Shown here piece after piece: positions 16,592-25,674 of a stretch of 26,747 nucleotides of DNA. The position numbers and the translations under genes were made by a program. How positions within the stretch are numbered: position 1 is the first letter of the stretch; each line of letters begins with the position of its first letter. Source of the DNA: a virus. Lineage: Duplodnaviria > Caudoviricetes. The notes under the pieces are model-generated. The model had not been told where the DNA came from and searched no databases. It saw only the letters and a list, made by a program, of their open reading frames with translations. Where the stretch lies: positions 1 to 26,747 of the IMG/VR virus record IMGVR_UViG_3300027689_000468; one strand, written 5' to 3'.

Positions 16592-17190
16592 TTGTCTTTC
16601 CCTCCATACCGTCCGCCGTTATTTCCTGCGATCATACCCTTGCTGACACGTGCGCTGAGCTCTCCGAGGTTCTGCTCGTGGGTCTTTGAGTAGAGCGGTT
16701 CCCACTCCCCGCCGTTGGCGTTAGCCACGGCCTCAGCTGACTTGCTTAGGACGAAACGTGGGCCTTTGGCAATGCTTCCGTACTCGACCCAGATAGCTTT
16801 GAAGTCCGTGTTTGCTACGATCCCGACTGAGCCCTTGTATTCGGATCCGTCCGGGTCTCCCTTGATCTTGACCGGCTTGCCGTCCTCACCTTTGATTGTG
16901 GGCGCGTCGATCAGGCGGTTTGTAGTACCACGGCGCCGGCGGTTGCGTCTCTCGTTGTAGGTGTCTTGGAACTCCCGGCGAATCTCCTGCGAGGTTGTTG
17001 CCTGGGAGGTAAAAAGCCGCGAGTAGTACCCTTCGTCGTATGCGACGGCCTGGGCAAGCGAGGTCGCCTGGGATTCCACCTGCTTTGCCAGATCTTCCAG
17101 GTAGGCTCGGAGCTTTGTGGACCTGCTGAGGGCAGACCAGACCGCGTCGAAGTCGAACTCGACGAACTCGAAGCCACTCTTGTTGCTCAC
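16588..17190 (-). CDS. HK97 gp10-like neck/tail-completion protein
   Basis: A.WVEYGS motif and synteny. Start moved to the GTG at 17190 (GTGA overlap). Confidence 0.7.
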   Translation of the reverse strand: MSNKSGFEFVEFDFDAVWSALSRSTKLRAYLEDLAKQVESQATSLAQAVAYDEGYYSRLFTSQATTSQEIRREFQDTYNERRNRRRRGTTNRLIDAPTIKGEDGKPVKIKGDPDGSEYKGSVGIVANTDFKAIWVEYGSIAKGPRFVLSKSAEAVANANGGEWEPLYSKTHEQNLGELSARVSKGMIAGNNGGRYGGKDK

Positions 17191-17516
17191 GCGTCTACCT
17201 TTGCTACAACGATCTCGTAGTGGTGAAGGGTGCTCTGTGTGTAGCGGGGGAGCGGATCTCCGACCACCCTCCAACGGACTCCGTCAACGTCAAGCTCGTC
17301 GAACGGTAGGATGCCGGCGTGTGAGGTGTAAGCTCTGGCGTTTGTGACCGTCGAGTTCGCGTTGTCCTCAGGCTCACTTGAAGAGCCTTCGTCGATACGC
17401 ACCCGAATGCCGGAAGCTTCCAACTCGAACTCTTTCTCCGTGTTGCCGTAGCGATCGGTGGTGCCGGTCAGCCGGTAGAGGTCAGCAGTCTTATTGAGTA
17501 GGGCGTGGAAGCTCAC
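17187..17516 (-). CDS. Head-to-tail stopper/closure protein
   Basis: TDRYGN, DELDVDGVRWRVVGDP and LHHYE. Start moved to the GTG at 17516 (GTGA overlap). Confidence 0.82.
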   Translation of the reverse strand: MSFHALLNKTADLYRLTGTTDRYGNTEKEFELEASGIRVRIDEGSSSEPEDNANSTVTNARAYTSHAGILPFDELDVDGVRWRVVGDPLPRYTQSTLHHYEIVVAKVDA

Positions 17517-18043
17517 AATGTCACCCGGTAAGCGTCCAGGGCGGCTTGCTCGTTCGCCCGGAGCACCGGTGAGGGATCTCCGTAAGTGACAGAGTAGCTG
17601 CCGATCGTTTCCTGCTTGATTCCGGAAGACCCGTCGACGACACGGCCGGCAAGAGCCAGCACGACTCCGACTACGCTTCCTGGAACGGTTGCGAATCCGT
17701 GGTTGTAGACCACCACGACTGATCCCGGCAGAGTAGGCCAGGCGAGACCGTCTGTTCGACGTACCCAGCCCTTCTTGCTCCATCGGTACTTTGAAGCTGC
17801 CAGCAGCTCACCCTCGACGGTGATCGAATCGATTCCGTTGACCGGCATTGCTGGAAGCAGAAACGTGTGTGTTCCGGTTCCGTCGATTACGGCGGTGTCA
17901 TTGAGGATCTGCGAGATACTGTGCCCGCAGTATGATCGAGCGATGTCGCTTGCGATCCCAAGAGCTTGCTCAGCTGCTGGGACGCTGTCGACCGTCCGAC
18001 CAAGCCACGCTTCAAGAGCTGCGACGTTGGCAAGACTACTCAT
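17513..18043 (-). CDS. Head-to-tail adaptor/connector protein
   Basis: AS..ARSYCG, LPAMPV, VVYNHGF..VP, QETIGSYSVTY and LDAYR. Confidence 0.88.
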   Translation of the reverse strand: MSSLANVAALEAWLGRTVDSVPAAEQALGIASDIARSYCGHSISQILNDTAVIDGTGTHTFLLPAMPVNGIDSITVEGELLAASKYRWSKKGWVRRTDGLAWPTLPGSVVVVYNHGFATVPGSVVGVVLALAGRVVDGSSGIKQETIGSYSVTYGDPSPVLRANEQAALDAYRVTL

Positions 18044-18257
18044 CGGTTGCCTCGACCGGCGATGCCTCCTCTGACGGAGTGATCACCGGCTCTGCCACTG
18101 GTGCGACGGCCTTCTTGGTCTTTCCTGGCTTGATAGCCTTGTTCTTCTCCGGCAGCACCGGCTTCAACTCAACTTCTTTCAGTCCGAGGCGTTCTGCCTC
18201 AGCCTTTGGAAGGCGAATGAATGTGCCTGGCTCGGTTTCAACTACGATCATCGTCAT
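18036..18257 (-). CDS. Small hypothetical virion-associated protein
   Basis: AGGAGA RBS; follows the capsid gene; K/P/E/A-rich tail. Confidence 0.7.
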   Translation of the reverse strand: MTMIVVETEPGTFIRLPKAEAERLGLKEVELKPVLPEKNKAIKPGKTKKAVAPVAEPVITPSEEASPVEATDE

Positions 18258-18291
18258 TTCAGATCTCCTATGGGTTGTATGGTCTCACGCA

Positions 18292-18338
18292 GACGGCCCG
18301 GCGAAGGTTGGCCTTCGCCATCCCTCGACCGGGCCGTC
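18292..18338 (-). terminator. GC-rich stem-loop after the capsid gene (terminator, attenuator or mRNA stabiliser)
   Basis: GACGGCCCGG/CCGGGCCGTC perfect 10-bp stem with an inner hairpin; no U-tract. Confidence 0.6.
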
Positions 18339-18352
18339 GTAGAGCGTGTGGA

Positions 18353-19549
18353 CTACGCAGTCAGGTCGACTGTGCAGAACGCTTCTGGGTGTAGTACACC
18401 AAACGCTGCGCGAGCTTGTGCAACGAGAGCCACGAGACCCTTGATTGCGTAGTCGGAGTGCTGTGGGTACATAGACACTGTGAGCGGCTGACGCTCCCAG
18501 ATGATTGCCTTGCGGAAGTCACCAACGATGGCGTTTCCGACTGGCACTGCTGACGATACGACGCGTGGGAGTCCCCAGATTGTCGGTGTCGATGCAGTTG
18601 CTGGACCACCGAAGAGGTAAGTGTCCTGCGCGTCCATCAAGAGGTCGATACGCTCGTTATCCTCAGGGTGTACCAGCACTGCGGATGCGCGGCTGTTGCC
18701 GACTGTCTCCACCTTGCGGATAGCCTTGCGGATTGAGGTGATCAGATCTGTGTCGTAAGCCTGAGCTTGGACGTAGCCGGTGTTGAAGATACCGGTCATG
18801 TTCTCACCAAGTCCGTTGCCGTTGATGATCTGATCTTCCAACTCTTCCTGCACTGCGTAGGTGAGGAAGTTGTTAGCGATCGTTTCAAGCTGCGCTGCGT
18901 CTGCAAGGGCGCGAGTCGAAGCTGGGATGAAGGTACGAACGTCCTTGACTACTGCTGTTGCCTTCACGAAGGTCAGAGTAGACTCGGCTGCTGGATCTCC
19001 TTCTGCGACCGGTGCAGCTGCGTTTACAGACTGTCCGGAGGTGATGCGCATTGCGCGAGCGTACTCAACTGCGTCAGAGTTCGTTGAACCGATTGTGACG
19101 AGGTTGAGTGCTGTTAGTCCACCACGGCCATACGCGATACCGACTGGTGCGTAGCGGTCGTTTGAGACCAGTGCGCCACCTGAGGTATCAGATGATCCGA
19201 GAAGTGTTGCCTTGATTCCACCGACAGATACTGACGGTGAGTTAGGCAATGACTTTGCGTCTGGAAGACCGTTGCGAGTTGCGTCGGAGATCCAGTTCTT
19301 GAATGCTGGGTCTGCGAGTAGCTTTGCGCCTGGTGTGCGAGCTGTTGATGCTGGGGTTTCTTCTACCTTTGCGTCAGCGAGTTCTGAACCGAGAGCGTCG
19401 ACGGCCTTGCGCAGCTCAGAGTCTGCCTTGACGGCCTTTGCGCCAGAGATTGCGGCTTCGACGGTTTCACGCTCTTCTGATGTGAGAGCGCGACCTTCTG
19501 ACGCCGCAGCTTCTGCAAGCTGCTTGGCCTGATCGATGAGGTGCTTCAT
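18353..19549 (-). CDS. Major capsid protein, HK97 fold with N-terminal delta/scaffold domain
   Basis: EGRALT.EE, SGGALV, VAEG, QIINGNG, IWGLPRV, GDF and HPEAF. Start at ATG 19549 after CAGGAGA. Confidence 0.95.
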   Translation of the reverse strand: MKHLIDQAKQLAEAAASEGRALTSEERETVEAAISGAKAVKADSELRKAVDALGSELADAKVEETPASTARTPGAKLLADPAFKNWISDATRNGLPDAKSLPNSPSVSVGGIKATLLGSSDTSGGALVSNDRYAPVGIAYGRGGLTALNLVTIGSTNSDAVEYARAMRITSGQSVNAAAPVAEGDPAAESTLTFVKATAVVKDVRTFIPASTRALADAAQLETIANNFLTYAVQEELEDQIINGNGLGENMTGIFNTGYVQAQAYDTDLITSIRKAIRKVETVGNSRASAVLVHPEDNERIDLLMDAQDTYLFGGPATASTPTIWGLPRVVSSAVPVGNAIVGDFRKAIIWERQPLTVSMYPQHSDYAIKGLVALVAQARAAFGVLHPEAFCTVDLTA

Positions 19550-19568
19550 TTTGTCTCCTGGGTTTTGG

Positions 19569-20825
19569 TTAGGAATCGGCATCGAGCTCGGCGAGCTCAA
19601 TGAGTGTTGCGGCGATCCCCGGATCCATCCCCTGCTCCTCGGCCTTGACCTCAATGGGTTCCTCGGACTTGGCAGGCTCTGCCGGTGTATCGAGCGAACT
19701 GAGGACCTCGTCCAGCATAACTTTCGCCTGCTTGATTAGGTTCTCGTTCTTCGTAGACAGAGTGCGCCCTGCCTTCGAGTTCTCAACATCGAGCGCTGCC
19801 ACGGCTGCCTTTGCGGCTATGAGCTGCGTGGCTGGGTTCGCTCCTTTCAGGGTCGGGCCGGCTTCGAGGATGCTGAGCTCCAAGAGCTCGTTTACCCCGT
19901 CTGCGCCTTTTTGCTCGTTCAAGATGTCGTATGCGAAGCTGAACTCGTTGACGACCCGCTCGGCGAGAAGGGTTCGAACGGTCTGAGCTCTCGGAGTATC
20001 GAAAAACGCACCACGGATCAGTAGACCGGCTTCTGTCTCCTGGGCGCTCAGCGTCTTGCCGATGAATGACTCAGCGTTGCCCCAGTCGTGCGACCAGACG
20101 ATCGGTAGGTTCTTTCCAGCTGCGGCGTAGGCAGCCAGGCTCTTTGCGAATGCGCCAGGCATAACTCGGTCGCCGACCAGATCGGTGTTTCCGAAGACAC
20201 TGACGATCGCCGTGAACTCTCCGTTCGGCGCTTCGTCTGTTCCGACTGCCTTGACCTCGATCGTATTGACCGGGAATGTCTTGACGTTCATAGCTCTCCT
20301 ATCGTGCTTCATAGATGATGTGCCTTCTTCCTGCTCTGCTTCAATACGCGAGACCAGACCTTCCGCCCAGCTTCTGCCCGGATCCCCGCCCCAGAGTGCC
20401 CAGGCGATCCGACCAGCCGAGGGATAGCCCTGCTCACCTCGGGACCAGCCTTGACCCTGCTTGTCAACTTCGTGCCTTGCGAAGTAGCTGACCATTCGGA
20501 CGATCGTGTCCTCGGATAGCTTTCGACCGTTAGAGATGTCCCGAGCCCTGGCTACACCGATCTCGGTGCCACCACGACCGTACTCCGCCCGCCAGCGCAG
20601 GCCTCGAAGAGCCTCTTCCTGAGCTGCGTCGGGTGCTATGTAGTCGTCTTCATCCAGTTTGAGTGAACGTTCGCCGCCCACCGGAATGTCTTCTTCAAGA
20701 GAGACTGCGACCATTTGATCGACGGCTTCTTGCCGGGTACGATGGCAGCCAATGACCTCACCGTCCTCCTTTTCGACGGCCCAGCCTGAGCATTCTGGAT
20801 TTTCGTTTGTGACGAAGTATGGCAT
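19569..20825 (-). CDS. HK97-type prohead protease with two extra N-terminal domains
   Basis: SVFGNTD..GDRVMPGAF, WSHDW, EFSFAY and E.GPTLKGANPAT. ATG 20825 follows the portal stop by 1 nt. Confidence 0.9.
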   Translation of the reverse strand: MPYFVTNENPECSGWAVEKEDGEVIGCHRTRQEAVDQMVAVSLEEDIPVGGERSLKLDEDDYIAPDAAQEEALRGLRWRAEYGRGGTEIGVARARDISNGRKLSEDTIVRMVSYFARHEVDKQGQGWSRGEQGYPSAGRIAWALWGGDPGRSWAEGLVSRIEAEQEEGTSSMKHDRRAMNVKTFPVNTIEVKAVGTDEAPNGEFTAIVSVFGNTDLVGDRVMPGAFAKSLAAYAAAGKNLPIVWSHDWGNAESFIGKTLSAQETEAGLLIRGAFFDTPRAQTVRTLLAERVVNEFSFAYDILNEQKGADGVNELLELSILEAGPTLKGANPATQLIAAKAAVAALDVENSKAGRTLSTKNENLIKQAKVMLDEVLSSLDTPAEPAKSEEPIEVKAEEQGMDPGIAATLIELAELDADS

Positions 20826-20826
20826 T

Positions 20827-22779
20827 TTAGTCCCCGAAGTCGCAGATGCAGGCGCAGTTTGCGGTCTCGTCAATGTCCAGGTCAGGATCTCCCGGCCAAC
20901 GTGCACCGTTTGAGAAAGTCTCATTCATTGGCACGGTTTCTCCGTTGAGAGAGGCATGTGAGGCTCTTGGGTTGCTCGAAGTGACGATCCAAGTCTTTGT
21001 GCCTCGGCTGTTTGAGTACGCGCTCTCATTTCGAGCGAAGTTTGCTACCGACGCGGCAAGTGTGAATCCAGCTGAGATAACGTCGCTATCAGTCATCTCG
21101 TCGAAGAGATCGTCCATTGCTTCCAGCGGATCCATCTCGTCTTCCAGGTCGTCAAGAGCGGACTCGATCCGATCCTGAGTAGACCGGTTGACGTTTTTGG
21201 CAGTTGATAGCGCGACTGCGGCAAGCCAGTTCTCGGCGTTGTCCACGTCCCACTCACCAACGGTAGCGGCTGACTTTTTTGCAGTCTTTCGCATCGAGGG
21301 AAGAAGATCCTTTGCCAGCTCACGGTCGAATCTGGCGCGATCGTAGACCTTCCCCGGCTTTGCCTTGACCTCGGCGATTTCACTCTTTTGAGCTCCAAGC
21401 CGGCTGAGCACGGCCCGCCGTTGGCGTTCCAGGTTTGACTTCAAGATCTGGTTCATTTCCTTCGTAGCTTCGTCACGGATTCGAACGTAGGCATCCCGAC
21501 CCAGGGCGGATTTTGCCTTTGGTCCGGGAGCCGAGCTGAGTCCGGATTCCAGCTGACGTTCGTCGCTGACGCTGTCCTGTGGACTTGCTTGTCCACCGAT
21601 AAGAACGTTCAGCGGCGTCACCAGCTCGTCTCCGCCTTCGATAGAAGTAAGGTTCAGACGTGCGCGAGCTTCATTGCGAGTAAGGTACGGAGCACCGACC
21701 GAAGCTTGCAGCACTGCGGCCTGCTCTTCGAAGCTGCCCTTCAACTTGTCTGCGAGCATAAACTCCAAGTATGCGTCTGGCTCGTCGAACTCACCCAGCA
21801 GCTGCGCTTCGAGCTCTTCTTGAATCAATGTCAGCCAGGGCGCGAGGGCGTTCTGATAGAGCTGCCGATTCTGCTCTGTCAGAGAAGCGTATGTCGAAGA
21901 TCCAAGACCAAGAAGACCGGTCGGGACTCCGTATGCACCGCATACGATCTCACGGGCAAGCTGCACGCTTTCCAGGTACTGAGCATCGCGTGGCGAGAAT
22001 GTCTCCAATGGCTTTGCGACCATACCCTCTTCGAGGACGGCTGTCTTTCCGGCATTTTGAGCTCCGGTGAATGACGAATCCCAGTCAGCGCGGAAGCGTG
22101 ATCGAGCCGTGTCGGACCACTGCGGAGCTCCAAGAGGCCGTTCGATTACCAATGACGCTCTTGCGCCCTGCTTCCATAGACCTTCACGGTGTTCAGCTGC
22201 TGCGAACTGCTCGGAGAGAAGCTGGCGAAGTGTTTCAAGCGGCGAGAGACCTTTTCGCGGATCCTTTGGGTCGTATCCGTGAATGTGAATGACCTCGTCG
22301 CGTGTAAAGCGAAGGGTCTGATCTCTTCCGGTGATTTCGTATCCGTCTGGACGCAGCCAGTTGGTCCCGATCGGCTTCACCAGAGTCGGTGGGATGCGCA
22401 CGAGAGCGATCCGGCCGTCAGGGTTGCGTACTTTGACCCGGATTGCCTCGTCGTAGATGCAGAGATCCTTGACGAGCGCTTCCATCCAGCGAGACCGCGT
22501 GACGTAAACGTCGGGACGCTCAATGGTTTGGTTGATCGGTCTTCCAGAGATCCGGACGCGCTCGTTATCGTCGACTCGACGGTAAGCGTGCAGCGGAATC
22601 TGAGAGATGTTTCGAGCCAGAAAGTCAATAACCGTCCGGACCTCGTGTTGCGTCTTGTAGAGCTCAGCGTAGTCGACCATTCGGTCGTCGAATAGCCGGA
22701 TGCTTCCGCCGAGTAAGGACGGCAACGCTGTCGTTGGACGAACGTTTTGCAGCCCATCCCCGTTCTGAACGATTGCCAT
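20827..22779 (-). CDS. HK97-family portal protein fused to a MuF/head-morphogenesis-like domain
   Basis: EVIHIHGYDP...GLSPLETL, NAGKTAVLEEGM and TRNEARARLNL..IEGGDEL, followed by KTW...R.SH..LNGE...WPGDP...NC.C. Confidence 0.93.
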   Translation of the reverse strand: MAIVQNGDGLQNVRPTTALPSLLGGSIRLFDDRMVDYAELYKTQHEVRTVIDFLARNISQIPLHAYRRVDDNERVRISGRPINQTIERPDVYVTRSRWMEALVKDLCIYDEAIRVKVRNPDGRIALVRIPPTLVKPIGTNWLRPDGYEITGRDQTLRFTRDEVIHIHGYDPKDPRKGLSPLETLRQLLSEQFAAAEHREGLWKQGARASLVIERPLGAPQWSDTARSRFRADWDSSFTGAQNAGKTAVLEEGMVAKPLETFSPRDAQYLESVQLAREIVCGAYGVPTGLLGLGSSTYASLTEQNRQLYQNALAPWLTLIQEELEAQLLGEFDEPDAYLEFMLADKLKGSFEEQAAVLQASVGAPYLTRNEARARLNLTSIEGGDELVTPLNVLIGGQASPQDSVSDERQLESGLSSAPGPKAKSALGRDAYVRIRDEATKEMNQILKSNLERQRRAVLSRLGAQKSEIAEVKAKPGKVYDRARFDRELAKDLLPSMRKTAKKSAATVGEWDVDNAENWLAAVALSTAKNVNRSTQDRIESALDDLEDEMDPLEAMDDLFDEMTDSDVISAGFTLAASVANFARNESAYSNSRGTKTWIVTSSNPRASHASLNGETVPMNETFSNGARWPGDPDLDIDETANCACICDFGD

Positions 22780-22785
22780 TTCCGA

Positions 22786-23004
22786 TTACCCCCCGATGAT
22801 CTGAACGAACTCGATGTTATTTTTCTCGATCAAGATCTCACCTGGTGCGGAAACTGACTCCGAACCGGGCTCGATGTAGTCTGCCTGTTGAAGAACGATG
22901 ACTCCGCCAAACTCTTTGGTCAGGATCCCGCGAAACGCGGCACCGGACTTCAAGTTGACGAGTACGCGCTTGGAGTAGGCAAGCTTTTTGAATGGATTAG
23001 GCAA
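22786..23004 (-). CDS. Small Sm/LSm-fold-like protein
   Basis: KRVLVNLKSGAAFRGIL...IVLQQA (Sm1-like) and GEILIEKNNIEFVQ (Sm2-like). Confidence 0.65.
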   Translation of the reverse strand: MPNPFKKLAYSKRVLVNLKSGAAFRGILTKEFGGVIVLQQADYIEPGSESVSAPGEILIEKNNIEFVQIIGG

Positions 23005-23776
23005 GAGCGTTCACTCTCAGTCCGATTCGCGGGTTGTTATTGGTGTACCCGAGGTTGTTGTGGATGTTGTTAGGCAGAGTCCCGTTTTGGTAGTCGAAGG
23101 TCGACCAGTCTGTGCTGCCGTTGTAGAGGGCCGAGACGCTGACCATGTATTGAGCGGTGCTATCTGCAATGCCTGCGTTGTAGTATGGGTCGGTAAGGCC
23201 GCCGTACTCCATCACCCAGTTGCCGTGATTACCGGCAGCAGGGTTGATCGGTCCGTAAGCGAAGCCGACGTAGTGAAGCGAGTTAGCTTGTATGGTCGTT
23301 GTGGAGGCAAGGGTGAACTGCTGCGGACCTCCGCTTGGACCACCCTGGTCGCTTGCTGCGATCGTGAAGTAGCCCATGTCCTTGTGCAAGTTGCTTGGCA
23401 AGCCTTGATCGTTTGAGTTGTAGATGTAGGCGCGGAGTTTCAGCCCACCGTTGCCTTGCGTGCTTGGCGGATTGTAGTTGAGGCCAAGAATGAACTTGTT
23501 GATTGTGACCGCTGTGTCGAATCGAATCGGCGCGAGGAACGCATTGTATCCTCCGAAGCCGCCGAAAGCGGTTTGGCTTCTTGGGAAGTAGTATCGACCG
23601 GTTGCTGGTCCCTTGATCGTTGCCAGCTCGACGTTCAGCGGATCTTCGTTGATCCAGTCCGTGCCGTCATAGACCAGAGTCTGCCCGATTCCCGGGTCGA
23701 CGATGTTTGTATCTGTGAGACCAGTCAGAGCTGACGCTCCGCCGCCGGCTCCCGGTGCGTAGAAAGAACTGTCCAT
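22997..23776 (-). CDS. Putative fibre/decoration structural protein
   Basis: GAGGG linker, LTDTNI..P..GQTLVYDGTDWIN fibre-type repeat, then an N/G/Y-rich beta domain. Confidence 0.55.
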   Translation of the reverse strand: MDSSFYAPGAGGGASALTGLTDTNIVDPGIGQTLVYDGTDWINEDPLNVELATIKGPATGRYYFPRSQTAFGGFGGYNAFLAPIRFDTAVTINKFILGLNYNPPSTQGNGGLKLRAYIYNSNDQGLPSNLHKDMGYFTIAASDQGGPSGGPQQFTLASTTTIQANSLHYVGFAYGPINPAAGNHGNWVMEYGGLTDPYYNAGIADSTAQYMVSVSALYNGSTDWSTFDYQNGTLPNNIHNNLGYTNNNPRIGLRVNALA

Positions 23777-24058
23777 TTATCGAACCTCCAAGATTCGTAC
23801 GTCTTGACCTGCCTGATCAGAAACTGCCCATACGACTGCGCCAAGACGCAGATCCAATGTGCGTGCTCCGCCAGCTGGTAGCGGAGATCCGTTTGATGAG
23901 GTGACCCCGTTGGTGCCACCGATCCATAGCACTCTTGTGCCGTTGTTCAGGATTTCGTAAGTGACCCGCCCGTCCTTCGCTCCTGCGGCGAAGTCGGTGA
24001 CGCTGATGATCTGAACCGGACTTGCGCCGACCTCGACTGCTGACGATTGAATGCTCAT
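23777..24058 (-). CDS. Small beta-rich hypothetical protein, possibly structural
   Basis: ATGA overlap with terL; GAGGAG RBS; I.NNG...LWIGG..VT..NG.PL motif. Confidence 0.7.
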   Translation of the reverse strand: MSIQSSAVEVGASPVQIISVTDFAAGAKDGRVTYEILNNGTRVLWIGGTNGVTSSNGSPLPAGGARTLDLRLGAVVWAVSDQAGQDVRILEVR

Positions 24059-25674
24059 AGAAGTTCCACTCCTCGTTCCTCGTAGACTGATTTCCCAGTC
24101 AGTGCTGACCCGGCGAGCATCGCCGAGTTGATCGCCATGATGAGGGCGACCAGACCGTCGATACGGGCCGTGCTCTTCGCCTTGTCCGGTTTGAGATTAC
24201 CCGCCGCATCTGAACTTACCAGTGCCGAATCGCAGTGCGCAGCCAAGACCGGGTGATTGCCGTGACTGATCTGCCCGGAAATGATCAGCCGTTCAAGTTC
24301 CTTCGTCGGGGCCGACATTGTGGCGAAGCCTTGACGGGTTGGGGCGACTCGAAGACCTTGCTCCGCGAGCTCGACTACCAGCTGAGTCGAGTTCCAGGGG
24401 TCGTAGGCGAGTTCAAGAATGTGAAAGTCGGTTGCTATCTTGTCGATCTCGTGCTTGATGAACCGGTAGTCGATAACGTTCCCGGGAGTCATGTTCAGGT
24501 GCCCAGTAGCAGCCCACTGGCCGTAGGGGAGCCGGTCGCGCTTTTCTCGTTCAGCCAGGTTGTCCGAGGGGATCCAGAACCGAGGGAAGATCGCGAAGCT
24601 GCCGTCCTCCTCAGGGAAGATCTGCACGAGCGCCGAGATGTCAGTCGTAGCTGAAAGGTCGAGACCAACGAAGCAGCCCCGTCCTTTGTAGTCCTCAATG
24701 TCGAGCGGCTTCTCCCCGCACGCCCGCCAGGAATCCATGTCGATCCAGCGCTGGACCTCTCGTGTCCACCGATTGAGGTAGAGCTGAGCGAAGGCGGTCT
24801 GACGCGCCGGGCTGACCTTTGCCTTCCGGATCTCGTCCTCGAAGAACTCAGGCATTACGGTCGTGCCAAGAGAGGGATTCGCCTTTGCCCACGTTTTTGG
24901 ATCCATCCAGTCGTCCTCTGGGTCTGCTCCATAGATGATCGCCAGGTATGACGGATCTTCCAGCTCACCCGCAGCTACTCGGACGGCGTAGTCGTGCTGC
25001 TCCCAGGCGATGTGGTTCGGATCGTAAACGCCGGCTGTCGTGATACCAATGACCACCGGTTGACGTCGCGCACCGACCGAAGAAGTCAGGACGTCCCAGA
25101 TCTCCCGATTCTTATGGGCGTGAACTTCGTCCAGAACGCAGAAGCTTGCTGAGAGACCATGCTGACCAAGCGCGTCACCAGAGATCGTACGAAGCACTGA
25201 TCCGGTCGACGGAACTTCGATGTAAGAGCGAACGGCGCGGCAACGTTTGCGAAGAGCCGGCGACGCCTCGACCATTTTCTTGGCAGTGTCGTAGCAGATC
25301 CTTGCCTGCTGGCGATCGCGAGCGCCCATGTAGACCTGAGCTCCCGGTTCGCCGTCGGCGACCAAGCCATAGAGCGCCAGACCTGCCGCCAGCGTAGTCT
25401 TTGCTGATTTTCTCGGGCACTCCACCCAGACGGTCCGATAGAGTCGAGAGCCGTCGGCACGTTTGTACCCGAAGAGAGGCCGAATGATTTCGTACTCCAT
25501 CCAGGGCATAAGCTGCCAGGGCTCTCCGGCCCCTCGACCCTCGACGAGCGTCAGCTTACCGAAGAAGCGGACTGCCCGGTCGGCAGCCTCCTCGTCGTAG
25601 TAGGCCCCTTTGGGCAGCTGCTTACCTGCGGATGAATGTGAGGGCTTAGTCCAGGAGATCGTCTTCTGCGTCAT
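24055..25674 (-). CDS. terL: Terminase large subunit (Terminase_1 type, cos-cleaving group)
   Basis: Walker A PRKSAKTT, Walker B VLDEVH, ITTAG, W.KANPSLG, GLDLS.TTD, YDPWN and RIDG.VA. Confidence 0.97.
   Translation of the reverse strand: MTQKTISWTKPSHSSAGKQLPKGAYYDEEAADRAVRFFGKLTLVEGRGAGEPWQLMPWMEYEIIRPLFGYKRADGSRLYRTVWVECPRKSAKTTLAAGLALYGLVADGEPGAQVYMGARDRQQARICYDTAKKMVEASPALRKRCRAVRSYIEVPSTGSVLRTISGDALGQHGLSASFCVLDEVHAHKNREIWDVLTSSVGARRQPVVIGITTAGVYDPNHIAWEQHDYAVRVAAGELEDPSYLAIIYGADPEDDWMDPKTWAKANPSLGTTVMPEFFEDEIRKAKVSPARQTAFAQLYLNRWTREVQRWIDMDSWRACGEKPLDIEDYKGRGCFVGLDLSATTDISALVQIFPEEDGSFAIFPRFWIPSDNLAEREKRDRLPYGQWAATGHLNMTPGNVIDYRFIKHEIDKIATDFHILELAYDPWNSTQLVVELAEQGLRVAPTRQGFATMSAPTKELERLIISGQISHGNHPVLAAHCDSALVSSDAAGNLKPDKAKSTARIDGLVALIMAINSAMLAGSALTGKSVYEERGVELL

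Noticed and set aside
17191-20924. Long N-terminal extensions in the ORF track (starts at 17274, 17783, 19654, 20924)
   Set aside because: They overlap upstream genes. Downstream starts with an RBS or stop/start coupling (17190, 17516, 19549, 20825) fit better.
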